In this document: positions 1-9,616 of the stretch, in pieces
How the letters are laid out: every line of letters starts with the position of its first letter
Numbering within the stretch: position 1 is the first letter of the stretch
Source: an uncultured Gemmatimonadales bacterium
GTDB taxonomy: Bacteria > Gemmatimonadota > Gemmatimonadetes > Longimicrobiales > Gaopeijiaceae
Length of the DNA stretch: 64,000 nt
Direction of reading: 5' to 3'
Assembly (NCBI GenBank): GCA_963809895.1
Contig: CAWELD010000003.1
Span: 3,200,001-3,264,000 of the forward strand
Notes under the pieces: generated by a model
Told to the model about the DNA's origin: nothing
The model's input: the letters and a program-made list of their open reading frames with translations, nothing else
The model's database searches: none
Made by a program: the position numbers and the translations under genes

Positions 1-718
1 GGGAGCGGCCCTTGAAGCCACCGGTTTCCATGATGCGGGAACCGGCGGGCAGGCGGACCTGCCACGCCCGCTCCCGGACCTCGTCGAGCCAGTGCACGAA
101 GGCGAACGCCGTGCCGGCGACCAGCACCGGGGTCGCCTCGTCCACGGCCCGGCGGAGGGCCGCGCCGAAGGCTTCGTGGTCCACGCCCCGCTCCGGGTGC
201 GCGAAGCCGGTGCTTCCCGGTGCGCCGAAGTCCCGGACGGCGAAGTCCATCATGGTGGAGAGCGACGAGTGCGGCTGCGCCTCGGCCGAGGGGATCAGCG
301 ACAGGATGCGAATGCGGCCGCCCTCGGGGAGCAGATGCGCACGCAGGTTCGGGAGCGCGGACGCCCGGTAGAGATCCAGCGACAGGACGTGATGCTCGCC
401 CCGGTCGCTCCGGCCCCGGGAGGTGCCGCTGGTCCGGAAGACACGCTCCACGCGCGCAGGGTCGCCGGCCACCAGCGGCAGGTGCTTGAAGGCGGTGGTC
501 GGCACCGGGGGGATTCCCCGCCAGTCCTTCAGGTCGGTGGGCGTGATCCCCCGCCCCCGGGCGAAGGCGCCGTAGGCGTGGTTGGCCTCGAACTGATAGG
601 CGAACACCCGTAGCGCCAGGTCGCCGAAGCGCTCCTCGCCCCAGGGTGCGGCGACCCCTTCGGCGAACCCGTCGGCCAGCTCCCGGGCCAGACCGTCGAA
701 GGTGGCGGACGCTTGCAT
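1..718 (-). CDS. LuxE-like acyl-protein synthetase / acyl-CoA ligase family (partial, runs off window)
   Basis: Own translation from the ATG at 718: MQASATFDG...VFAYQFEANHAYGAF...WRGIPPVPTTAFKHLP...VFRTSGTS; abuts the stop of the upstream gene. Confidence 0.7.
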   Translation of the reverse strand, partial: MQASATFDGLARELADGFAEGVAAPWGEERFGDLALRVFAYQFEANHAYGAFARGRGITPTDLKDWRGIPPVPTTAFKHLPLVAGDPARVERVFRTSGTSRGRSDRGEHHVLSLDLYRASALPNLRAHLLPEGGRIRILSLIPSAEAQPHSSLSTMMDFAVRDFGAPGSTGFAHPERGVDHEAFGAALRRAVDEATPVLVAGTAFAFVHWLDEVRERAWQVRLPAGSRIMETGGFKGRS

Positions 719-1930
719 TCACGTGCCGAAGCGCCTCGGCGCCAGCAGCGCGGCTTCCGGTCCCGGGTCCCGGCCCTTCACGATGTCGGCCATGATGCGC
801 CCGCACTCGAAGGCGAAGGGGAGCCCGCCGCCGCTGAATCCCGACACCACCATCTCGGCTGTGGTGCCCGGGAGCGATCCCACCAGCGGCAGGTAGTCGG
901 CGGTCCAGCCGTAGATCCCGCTCCACTGGCTGGTGACCCGGAGCTCCACGCCGGGGAAGGCGGCCCGGAACCAGGCCAGCAGGCCGTCCTGCAGGTCCGT
1001 GTCCACCTCGGGCCGGGTCTTCCAGTAGGAGCGGTCCCATGCGTCGTGACGCCATCCCCCCAGATGCACCCGACCCTTGGGACTGCGGCGCCAGACGTTC
1101 AGCTTCCAGTGGGTCGTGTAGCCGCCGTCGGGCAGCTCGCCCTTCGCGATCTCGGCCGCCAGCGCCTGCCCGCGAATGGGTACGATCTCGTCGCCCAGGA
1201 GCGCCGAGAAGCGGCGGGACTCGGTGTGCACGGCGTAGACCACCATCTCGCACTGCACGGGCCCGGCGCTGGTCCGACACACGAGCCGGCCCTCTTCGCG
1301 GTCCACGGTGTCGACCTTCACGCCCTCGGCCACCCGAGCGCCGCGTCCGGCCGCGCCCCGTACGAGCAGACGGGCCGTGGCCGCGGGGTTCAACGCGCCG
1401 CCGCCCTCCAGGCGCATGCCTCCCACGAACCCGCGGCCGCGGGTGCGCTCGCGGATGTCGGCGCCGTCGAGCCAGGTGACCGGGAAGCCGGCCTCGTTGA
1501 GCGTACGGAAGGAGCGCTCCACCTCGTGGACCGTGTAGGGCTCGGCCAGCACGTAACCCCCGGACAGGTCGAGCTCGGCCTCGGCCGCGGCGCCCATGGC
1601 GGTGAGCGCCTCGCCCAGCGAGGTCACGGAGCGGTGCGCCAGACGCCAGATCGCCACCGCCTCCTCTTCGCCCCGGTCCCGGGCCGTCTCGTGGAAGGGC
1701 TGGCGCATGGGCGGGGACAGCACGCCCACCGCGGCGCCGGTGGCGCCGCCTCCTACCGTGCCCCGATCGAGGAGCAGGGCGTCGACCCCGGCGCCGGCCA
1801 GGTGATGGAGAACCGACGCCCCGGCAATGCCACCACCCACCACCACGACCTCCACACGCTCCGGGAGCGTGTCCACGGTTTCGATGGGAAGATCACGGGC
1901 CCGGGGGGCCTCGCTGCCGTCGTCGCGCAT
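719..1930 (-). CDS. FAD-dependent oxidoreductase (DAO/PuuB-like)
   Basis: VVVVGGGIAG Rossmann motif; C-terminal WSGIYGWTADYLPLVG and GFSGGG. Confidence 0.85.
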   Translation of the reverse strand: MRDDGSEAPRARDLPIETVDTLPERVEVVVVGGGIAGASVLHHLAGAGVDALLLDRGTVGGGATGAAVGVLSPPMRQPFHETARDRGEEEAVAIWRLAHRSVTSLGEALTAMGAAAEAELDLSGGYVLAEPYTVHEVERSFRTLNEAGFPVTWLDGADIRERTRGRGFVGGMRLEGGGALNPAATARLLVRGAAGRGARVAEGVKVDTVDREEGRLVCRTSAGPVQCEMVVYAVHTESRRFSALLGDEIVPIRGQALAAEIAKGELPDGGYTTHWKLNVWRRSPKGRVHLGGWRHDAWDRSYWKTRPEVDTDLQDGLLAWFRAAFPGVELRVTSQWSGIYGWTADYLPLVGSLPGTTAEMVVSGFSGGGLPFAFECGRIMADIVKGRDPGPEAALLAPRRFGT

Positions 1931-2087
1931 CCGTCCCTCCTCGGGAACCGGTCAGGAGAGGAGGTCATGGACGGCACACGGGATATGGCTCCCGCGCACC
2001 TGCTCGCTCCCCGTCCTGAAGGGTGGGGCGTCCTGTGGTTTGCCAGAAGGGGAGGGTCCGTTCCTCGAACATAATACTCCGGACGCG

Positions 2088-2351
2088 TCAGATCATGCGC
2101 CGGACCCGTCCCGGTTCCAGGCCGCCGGCATGCAGGATCTTTTCCTGGAGGCGCTGCGCTTCCTCGTCGACGAAGGTGCGGAGCTCCTCCAGCTTCGAGC
2201 GGGCGCCCGCATAGGCGTCGGCCGGAAAGTCCTCGGCTTCGGCGTGCTGGAGCGCGCCCTGGAGATCCCGCAGCTCCCGGAGGCTCTTCTCCACCGAGCG
2301 GCGCAGGCGCTGGAGCGCCTTGCGGGCTTCGGACTCTGCCGTCGTGCTCAC
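2088..2351 (-). CDS. small coiled-coil hypothetical protein
   Basis: 87 aa, helical composition, sits between co-oriented genes. Confidence 0.65.
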   Translation of the reverse strand: MSTTAESEARKALQRLRRSVEKSLRELRDLQGALQHAEAEDFPADAYAGARSKLEELRTFVDEEAQRLQEKILHAGGLEPGRVRRMI

Positions 2352-2367
2352 CGTGTCCCCTCCTGAT

Positions 2368-3606
2368 TCAAAGCACCCCCAGCGACTGGAAGACGCTGAT
2401 CAGGGCGCGCACCCCCAGCCCGGCGGCCACCAGGACCACCACCAACCCCACCAGATTGGCGAGCCACCCGTTGGCCCGCGCCCCCATCCAGCGGCGGTCG
2501 TTCACCGCCGCCAGCAGGAAGAGCGCCACCGCCGGGAGCAGAATGCCGTTGGCCGCCTGCGCGAACAGGATGGCGGGCACCGGCCGCAGTCCCACCAGCG
2601 CCAGCAGCACCCCCACCCCCAGCACGCCGCCCCACACCGTCCGCAGCCGCGGTGAGGTGAGGTCCTGGCTCCATCCCAGGGCGCCCGCGGTGGCGTAGGC
2701 CGCCGCCAGCGGGGCGGTGATGGCCGACGTCATGCCGGCGGCGAACAGGCCCACGGCGAACACGGCACGGGCCCAGGGTCCCAGAATCGGCTCCAGGCTC
2801 GCGGCCATGTCGGCGGCGCTGCTCACCTCGGCGCCGGTGCCCGCCAGCGTGCCCGCCGCCGTCACCAGGACCGCCATGCTCACCACTCCGCCGGCACCGA
2901 TGGAGAGCACCAGATCACGCCGCGCCGCGGGCAGGTCGTTCTCGCCCTCCCAGCGCTCCCGCACCGCCGACGCGTGCAAGAAGAGGTTGTAGGGCACCAC
3001 CGTCGTGCCCACCAATCCCACCACCAGGAAGAGCGAGCCGTCGGGGAGCGCCGGCACGAACAGTCCCCGGAGCAGGTCGCTCGCCGCGGGCAACACCAGG
3101 ACCGCGGTGGCCAGGAAGGCCACGGACATGAGGCCCACCATGAGCACCATGGCGCGCTCTACCGCACGATAGCTGCCCGACCACAGCAGGCCGGCGGCGA
3201 GGGCGCCGATGAGGAGGGCCCACAGCCGCACGTCGCCACCCACCGCGCCCTCCAGCCCGAGCGCGCCACCCAGGAGGTTGCCGGTCTCGTAGGCCGCGTT
3301 GCCGCCGGCGATGGCGGCGATCACCAGGGCCGCCGCGACCACGCGCCACGGGCCCTCGAAGCGTCGTCGCACCGCCTCGCCCAGCCCCTGCCCCGTGACC
3401 AGGCCGAGACGCGCCGCCATCTCCTGGAACGCCATGGTGGCCAGGGTCGAGAACAGCAACGCCCACAGAAGCGCCGTGCCGAATCCGGCGCCCGCCAGGG
3501 TGGCGGTGGTGACCGTGCCCGGTCCGATGAAGGCCGCGGCCACGATCCATCCGGGGCCACCGCCCCGGCGGCGTGGCGGCGGGACCGTCGAGTCGTCCTG
3601 GCTCAT
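2368..3606 (-). CDS. Nramp-family divalent metal transporter
   Basis: GPGWIVAAAFIGPGTVTT, QEMAARLG and GTTVVPYNLFLH motifs; many TM segments. Confidence 0.85.
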   Translation of the reverse strand: MSQDDSTVPPPRRRGGGPGWIVAAAFIGPGTVTTATLAGAGFGTALLWALLFSTLATMAFQEMAARLGLVTGQGLGEAVRRRFEGPWRVVAAALVIAAIAGGNAAYETGNLLGGALGLEGAVGGDVRLWALLIGALAAGLLWSGSYRAVERAMVLMVGLMSVAFLATAVLVLPAASDLLRGLFVPALPDGSLFLVVGLVGTTVVPYNLFLHASAVRERWEGENDLPAARRDLVLSIGAGGVVSMAVLVTAAGTLAGTGAEVSSAADMAASLEPILGPWARAVFAVGLFAAGMTSAITAPLAAAYATAGALGWSQDLTSPRLRTVWGGVLGVGVLLALVGLRPVPAILFAQAANGILLPAVALFLLAAVNDRRWMGARANGWLANLVGLVVVLVAAGLGVRALISVFQSLGVL

Positions 3607-3873
3607 GGCGGCTCTTCGATGGGGGGCTCATGGGCTCGGTCGCCCGCAGGCCGACCGGCCGGTGGCAACCTACGGGGCAGACCGCGTGGCGGAAACCGAG
3701 AGGGTTTGCCCGGGGCGCGGGCGCGGGACCCGACGGGCGGCTCGTCGGAACCCCGACCGGCACCACGGGTCTTGAAGGGCTGTCGAGAGACGAGAGCGCG
3801 CTGGCCCCGTGGTGCTTCACCCCGACGGGCCGGATGCGCGCTCCCGCCCGACCCGCATTCCGAAGGACGATTC

Positions 3874-4872
3874 ATGACCGACACACTGGACCTGGCCGTG
3901 GTAGGCGCCGGCCCCTGCGGCATCGCCGTGGGCGCCGCGGCGGCCCGAGAGGGCCTCTCCGCCACGCTCTACGATCGCGGCTGCATCACCAGCTCGCTGA
4001 TCGATTATCCGTACTACATGACGTTTTTCAGCACCGCCGCCAAGCTGGAGATCGGTGGCGTGCCCTTCACGATCCCCGAGCCCAAGCCCACGCGCCGTGA
4101 GGCGCTGGCGTATTACCGGTGCGTGGTGGACCACTACGGGATCCGGGTCAGGCAGTACGAGAACGTGGAGCGCATCGAAGGGAGCGACGGGGACTTCCGG
4201 CTGCACACCCGTCAGCGCGACGGCGAGGAACGCGAAGTGCGGGCCCGCGCCGTGGTGGTGGCCACCGGGGGATTCCATCAGCCCAACTACCTGGACGTGC
4301 CCGGCGAGGAGCTGTCCAAGGTGCTCCACTACTACAAGGAGCCCTATCCCTTCACCGATCAGGACGTCCTGGTCGTCGGCGGCGGCAACTCGTCGGTGGA
4401 ATCGGCGCTGGAGATGTTCCGGAACGGGGCCCGGGTCTCACTGGTGCACTTCGAAGACAAGATCGACCGGGGTGTGAAGCCCTGGGTCGTGCCCGACATC
4501 ACCAACCGCCTGGAGAAGGGTGAGATCCCCGTCTACTGGCGGCACCGCATCGCCGAGATCCGCTGGAGCGAGGTGGTTCTGCGACACGTGGACACCGGTG
4601 CCGCCACCACCATCCCCAACGACTGGGTGCTGGCCATGACCGGCTGGCGCGCCAACCCCGTGCTCCTGCAGCAGCTCGGCGTGAGCATCGACGCCGACAC
4701 GGGGATCCCCACGCACGATCCGGAGACCATGGAGACCGACGTGCCCGGGGTCTACATCGCCGGCGTGCTGGCGGCGGGTCACAACGCCAACAAGATCTTC
4801 ATCGAGAACGGCAAGGAGCACGGCGGCCTGATCGTGGCCGACCGCAAGGCACGGGTGGGCGCGGGCGACTGA
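3874..4872 (+). CDS. ypdA: YpdA-family putative bacillithiol disulfide reductase
   Basis: VVGAGPCG, FFSTAAKLEIGG, KPTRREALAYY, HYYKEPYP and IFIENGKEHG motifs; start placed at ATG 3874 after GAAGGA. Confidence 0.85.
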   Translation: MTDTLDLAVVGAGPCGIAVGAAAAREGLSATLYDRGCITSSLIDYPYYMTFFSTAAKLEIGGVPFTIPEPKPTRREALAYYRCVVDHYGIRVRQYENVERIEGSDGDFRLHTRQRDGEEREVRARAVVVATGGFHQPNYLDVPGEELSKVLHYYKEPYPFTDQDVLVVGGGNSSVESALEMFRNGARVSLVHFEDKIDRGVKPWVVPDITNRLEKGEIPVYWRHRIAEIRWSEVVLRHVDTGAATTIPNDWVLAMTGWRANPVLLQQLGVSIDADTGIPTHDPETMETDVPGVYIAGVLAAGHNANKIFIENGKEHGGLIVADRKARVGAGD

Positions 4873-4886
4873 CGCGCGGGGACGGG

Positions 4887-6041
4887 TCAGCCCGGCCGCT
4901 CCTCCGCCGCCTCCACCGCTTCCACCACGGCCGTCACCCCGTCCGCCGACCCCACTCGCACGCTCGCGCCCGGCTCCACCTCGCGGCGCACGTAGGCGAG
5001 GGCCAGGGTGCCCAGACGGGGGGAGAGCGCCACCGAGGTGACGACGCCCACGGGTCTGGCGGCGCGAGCGCTACCCTCGCTGCCTCCGTCTCCATCACGG
5101 CCGCTCGCCGCCTCTTCCGCCCACACCTCCACGCCGGGCGTGGGCGTGGGCGCATCGCCCAGGCGCAGCCGCCGCAGGTGGCGATTGACGTGGCCGCGGT
5201 CGCGGATGCGCACCACGACTTCCTGGCCCGTGTAGCAGCCCTTGGTCTGGTCCACCACGCGGCCCACCAGCCCGGTCTCGGGCAGCAGGGTGTCGATGTC
5301 CATGTCGGCGCCGTAGGCCGGGCGGCCGGCTTCGAGGCGGAGCGCCTCCCACACGCCCGAGCCCAGCGGCGACGCGCCGACCTCCAGCAGACGCGACCAG
5401 AGGGCCCGGATGGTGGCGCGATCGGCCACCACGTCCCAGGCGGGGGCGGCGATCTCGCTGGTCCGTATCACGAACAGGCCTTCGCCCACCCGCCGTAGGT
5501 CGCCTTCGGCCATGGCCTCCAGCACCGGGGGATCCACCCGGAGCCCGGTGACCTCGCGGCTCAACAGCGCCGGCGCCTCGGGGCCCACCAGGGTGAGCAT
5601 GCCGGTGTCGGCGCTCCTGTCCTCCACGGTGGCGAAACGGGGCGGCAGGTAGCGGCCCAGGTGCTCCATGAGCGGGCCGGCGCCGGCCGCGGGCACGTCG
5701 GCCTCCAGCATCTCGCCCTCACCCTCCGCCCGCCACAACCGCAGATCGGTGACCACGCGCCCCTTGGGCGTCAGCACCGCGTTGGGCTCGGCCCTGCCTT
5801 GCCACACCTCCGGCTCCACATCGGCCAGCGGGCCGGGAACGCGCCCGGTGACGATCCCCCGGAGCATGGCCGCGGGCTGCCGGCCGCTGAAGCGGAGGCG
5901 CACCCGGTGGCTGCGATCGCGAACGGCCGTGCCAGCGGTGGCGGCCTGGAATTCCCCGGCGGGATCCCCGTAGCGCCGTGGCACCTCCACGCCCCGCAGC
6001 ATCCCGAACACGGCCCCGGCGGCCTCGTGCAGATCCCTCAC
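4887..6041 (-). CDS. GcvT/YgfZ-family folate-binding aminomethyltransferase-like protein
   Basis: KGCYTGQEVV signature; LRLEAGRP. Confidence 0.85.
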   Translation of the reverse strand: MRDLHEAAGAVFGMLRGVEVPRRYGDPAGEFQAATAGTAVRDRSHRVRLRFSGRQPAAMLRGIVTGRVPGPLADVEPEVWQGRAEPNAVLTPKGRVVTDLRLWRAEGEGEMLEADVPAAGAGPLMEHLGRYLPPRFATVEDRSADTGMLTLVGPEAPALLSREVTGLRVDPPVLEAMAEGDLRRVGEGLFVIRTSEIAAPAWDVVADRATIRALWSRLLEVGASPLGSGVWEALRLEAGRPAYGADMDIDTLLPETGLVGRVVDQTKGCYTGQEVVVRIRDRGHVNRHLRRLRLGDAPTPTPGVEVWAEEAASGRDGDGGSEGSARAARPVGVVTSVALSPRLGTLALAYVRREVEPGASVRVGSADGVTAVVEAVEAAEERPG

Positions 6042-6961
6042 CCGTCACCCTCTCCGGCGTTGCCGGCCTCGGTCTCCTCGTCGAGTCCCTGCAGGAACGC
6101 GCGCACGCGAGGGGCCTCGGGGGAGCCGGGCTCCTCCTCGAGGAAGGTGCGCAGGTGCTCGGCGGCCTCGGCGGTGCGACCCATGCGCGCCAGCACCATC
6201 CCCAGAAGCCGGCGCTCGGGCGCGGCCCCGGGACGGAGCAGGAGGATGCGCTCCAGCGCCGCCGACGCCTTGAAGTCGTCGTTCACGTTCAGGTACAGGC
6301 TCTTCAGGTTCGTGAGCAGCCGCACCAGCATGTCCTGGCGCGTCGCCACGCGCAGGAACGAGGGACGCACGCGCACCATCCCCCCGTAGACCCGGTCCAG
6401 GAACTCCTGCGCCTGATCCTCGAAGCGCACCTGGCCGCCGTCGAAGGGATCCACCAGCAGGTCGAAGGCGTCGCCGCGATAACGCACCAGGAAGTGGTGC
6501 GGAAAGTTGACGCCCTCGAGGCGGAGCCCCAGGCGCCATCCCACTTCCAGGATCACGATGCCCAGGGTCAGGGGGATGCCCAGGCGCCGATCCAGGACGT
6601 CGTTGAGGAAGGAGTTGCGGGGATCGTAGTACGCCTCGCGATTCCCCTTGAAGCCGTTGCGCTCGTAGACGGTGGCCAGGAGCTCCTGCAACACCACCGG
6701 CGGCGCGGTCTCGTCGTCCAGCCGGTCACGCACCTCTTCGGCGAGCTGATCCAGCCGCCCCAGATACGGCTCCACCGGCATCTGGGGATACTCCTCCTTG
6801 GCCACCAGCAGCGACGCGCGGGCGAGGTCCAGGTCGGCCTCGCCGCGCGACACCTCGCGGGCGAACAACTGCCGTGCCGAGCGGGCGGGTGCGGTCACGT
6901 CTCGCGGTGCAGATCGGGGGGACTGTAGGTTGCTCTGCGCGGTACCCACGTGACCGCCCAT
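6038..6961 (-). CDS. SirB1/transglutaminase-like domain plus TPR protein (start may be ~6898)
   Basis: GFKGNREAYYDPRNSFLNDVLDRRLGIPLTL and GVNFPHHFLV. Confidence 0.85.
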   Translation of the reverse strand: MGGHVGTAQSNLQSPRSAPRDVTAPARSARQLFAREVSRGEADLDLARASLLVAKEEYPQMPVEPYLGRLDQLAEEVRDRLDDETAPPVVLQELLATVYERNGFKGNREAYYDPRNSFLNDVLDRRLGIPLTLGIVILEVGWRLGLRLEGVNFPHHFLVRYRGDAFDLLVDPFDGGQVRFEDQAQEFLDRVYGGMVRVRPSFLRVATRQDMLVRLLTNLKSLYLNVNDDFKASAALERILLLRPGAAPERRLLGMVLARMGRTAEAAEHLRTFLEEEPGSPEAPRVRAFLQGLDEETEAGNAGEGDG

Positions 6962-7005
6962 GTTTCCAACGTTCCAGTGACCGTTCCCTCGATCCCCAGG
7001 AGCCC

Positions 7006-8067
7006 ATGGCCGACGAGCCCCGGGACCAGCGTCCGCGCATCCGGCTCAGCCATCTGTCTCACGGCGCCGGTTGAGCGTGTAAGCTCGGGATGACCGAGCT
7101 GGCGCAGGTTCTGCGTCCCCTTCTGCCCGTCGACGACCCCAACGCCCTGGTGGACGCCTCCACCGGGGACGATGCCGCCGTGTATCGCATCGCCGGGGGA
7201 CGGGCGCTGGTGGTGACGCTGGACTTCTTCACGCCGGTGGTGGACGACCCCCTCGACTTCGGCCGCATCGCAGCCGCGAACTCCCTTTCGGATATCTACG
7301 CAATGGGAGCCCGGCCCCTCTTTGCCCTCAACCTTCTGGGATTCCCCCGGGATCTCCTGTCCGAGGGCCTGGTGGAGCGCATCATCGAGGGCGGCGCCAT
7401 GGTGGCCCGCGAGGCGGGGATTCCCATCCTGGGTGGCCACAGCATCGACGATCCCGAACCCAAGTACGGGATGGTGGCCGTCGGCGAGGTGGCCGAAGAT
7501 GCCCTCATGACCAACGCCGGCGCCCGCCCCGGCGACGTCCTGGTGCTCACCAAGGCACTGGGCACCGGCATCGTCACCACGGCGCTCAAGGCCGGCGAGG
7601 CGTCGGACGAGGCCGTGGCCGAGGCCGTGGCGTCCATGACCACGCTCAACGCCGGAGCCGCGGCGGCGGCCGGCGAGATCGGCGTGCACGCGGGCACCGA
7701 CGTCACCGGCTTCGGATTCCTGGGACACCTGCGGAGCCTGCTGCGGGCCTCGGGCGTGGCGGCGCAGGTCGAGGCCATCTCCATCCCCCTGCTCGAGGGT
7801 GCGCTGGAGCTGGCGGCGGCGGGTCACGTGCCCGGGGGGAGCAAGCGGAACCTCGAGGATCTGGTGGGCGACGTGGAGTTCGCCCATTCGCTCGGGCCCG
7901 AGCTCCGCACCGTGCTGGCCGACGCCCAGACCTCCGGGGGATTGCTCCTGGCCGTGGCCCGGGACCGCGTCGATGCCCTCCTGGAAGCGCTGGACGGCCG
8001 GGCGCCGTATGCGGCCGTCGTGGGGCGGATCGTCGAGGGCGAGGCCGGCACGATTCGGATATCCTGA
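7006..8067 (+). CDS. selD: selenide, water dikinase SelD; selenoprotein with UGA=Sec at 7072-7074
   Basis: RLSHLSHGAG-U-ACKLG is in frame across TGA 7072; GDDAAVY, DFFTPVVDDP, ANSLSDIYAMG, GGHS, TDVTGFG and DAQTSGGLL motifs; AGGAG before ATG 7006. Confidence 0.93.
7075..7105 (+). promoter_or_regulatory. SECIS-like hairpin downstream of the selD UGA
   Basis: Perfect stem AGCTCGG (7082-7088) / CCGAGCT (7094-7100) with loop GATGA, starting 7 nt after the UGA. Confidence 0.7.
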
Positions 8068-8137
8068 AGCTTCCTTGTAGGACCGAAGACCCGTTCGCAT
8101 ATTGGCCGACCATCACTCACCGTCCCGGAGACGCTTC

Positions 8138-9112
8138 ATGCTTCGCCTCCCTCGCTGGCAGCTCGGTGCCGCCGCCCTGCTCCTCACCCTGTCCGCGTGT
8201 CAGGACGACTCCGTGGTCACCCCCGAGGCGTCACCGTACGTCGCGCCTCCCGCGCTCGGGCGCGTCGTGCGGGGCCAGGACCCGGCGGCCCAGATCTCGG
8301 CGCAGATGGACGCGACGAACCGGGCGTTGGCCGCCAGCGGCTCCAACCTCCGGGTGGCGAAGGCGGAGTACATCGGCAGCGGGCAGGAGGCGGGTGCCCA
8401 GGTCGTGCAGAAGGATCTCGGCAACAAGCGGCTCCGGGATGGCGACTTCGTGCCCAACGATCCCCGGCGCACCTGGAGCGGCGCGCCCGGGGGCGCAACC
8501 GACGACATCACCTACGCCATCGATCAGGTGGACGCGGTCCCGTTGAGCCCCGGGCTCAGCGCGGCGGCCACGAACGCGGCCATCGACGCCGCCATGGCCA
8601 CCTGGAACGCGGTGCGCTGTTCGAACCTCGGGATTCGCAGGGTGTCGGATCAGGGCGCCGATCTAGGTGCCATCGCCGCCATCAACGGGCTCGGCGGAAG
8701 CCAGACCATCGCAGCCGACATCATGCACGCCGGCTTCAGCGACATCGACTTCGCGGGCCTGGTGATCGGCTCCACCTTCACCTTCATCTTCATCGACACG
8801 AGCACGGGCGATCCCACCGACATCGACAACAACGGCCTGCAGGACGTGGCGTTCCGGGAGATCTACTACGACCCGTCGTGGCTGTGGACCGACGGCAGCT
8901 TTGTCGGGGTCGACGTGCAGTCCATCGCGCTGCACGAGGCCGGCCACGGGCTGAGCCAGGCCCATTTCGGCAACCTGACCATGAAGAAGGGCGTGCTGAG
9001 CGCCTCGCCTCGTGCCGTCATGAACGCCCTCTACCAGGACGAACAGCGGAGCCTGTACGGTTCGGACGTCGGCGGACATTGCGGCAATTGGGCGCAGTGG
9101 CCCAACAACTGA
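8138..9112 (+). CDS. matrixin-like zinc metalloprotease, probable lipoprotein
   Basis: Lipobox LSAC; HEAGHGLSQAH zinc motif followed by AVM Met-turn. Confidence 0.75.
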   Translation: MLRLPRWQLGAAALLLTLSACQDDSVVTPEASPYVAPPALGRVVRGQDPAAQISAQMDATNRALAASGSNLRVAKAEYIGSGQEAGAQVVQKDLGNKRLRDGDFVPNDPRRTWSGAPGGATDDITYAIDQVDAVPLSPGLSAAATNAAIDAAMATWNAVRCSNLGIRRVSDQGADLGAIAAINGLGGSQTIAADIMHAGFSDIDFAGLVIGSTFTFIFIDTSTGDPTDIDNNGLQDVAFREIYYDPSWLWTDGSFVGVDVQSIALHEAGHGLSQAHFGNLTMKKGVLSASPRAVMNALYQDEQRSLYGSDVGGHCGNWAQWPNN

Positions 9113-9152
9113 CGGGCGAGGACCGACCGCGGACCGCCGGGCGGAAGGTCGC

Positions 9153-9500
9153 TCAGACCTCCACGGCCCGGTAGCGGGTGCCGGCCCACACCACCAGGAT
9201 GACGGCCCCCATCACCAGGTAGAAGTTGCGGGCCGTGCCCACCCATCCCGCCAGGAAGGGCAGCGCCACCAACGCCACGCCCACCCCCAGCTCCACCGCC
9301 GCGTGGATGGAAAGCGGGATCACCCCGCCCCGACCCGGCTCGAAGCTCGTCATCAGCGTCATGGCGAGATGAACGATGGCCAGCGCCCACGCCAGCCACG
9401 CGGCCGGACCCACCAGCCCCAGCGCCCAGGGGGCCACCGCGAAGATCAACACCGTCACGTAGTCCAGCGCTCCGTGCACCCCCACGCTCAGGAACTTCAT
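9153..9500 (-). CDS. small membrane protein (SPW-repeat-like)
   Basis: HGALDY...APWALG; four TM segments; GAGGAG before ATG 9500. Confidence 0.7.
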   Translation of the reverse strand: MKFLSVGVHGALDYVTVLIFAVAPWALGLVGPAAWLAWALAIVHLAMTLMTSFEPGRGGVIPLSIHAAVELGVGVALVALPFLAGWVGTARNFYLVMGAVILVVWAGTRYRAVEV

Positions 9501-9616
9501 GTCGGACTCCTCGTCCGAAGGAAGGAGGGCCTGCAAGGGCAATGTAGGGCGCGCCTGGTGATCCTGCCGCGAAATTTCCTGGCCCGACACGCGCCACGGG
9601 TGCATCTTGGCGCCCG

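Noticed and set aside
2974..3873. 300-aa N-terminal extension of YpdA
   Set aside because: It is antisense to the Nramp gene; family motifs and the RBS begin at 3874.
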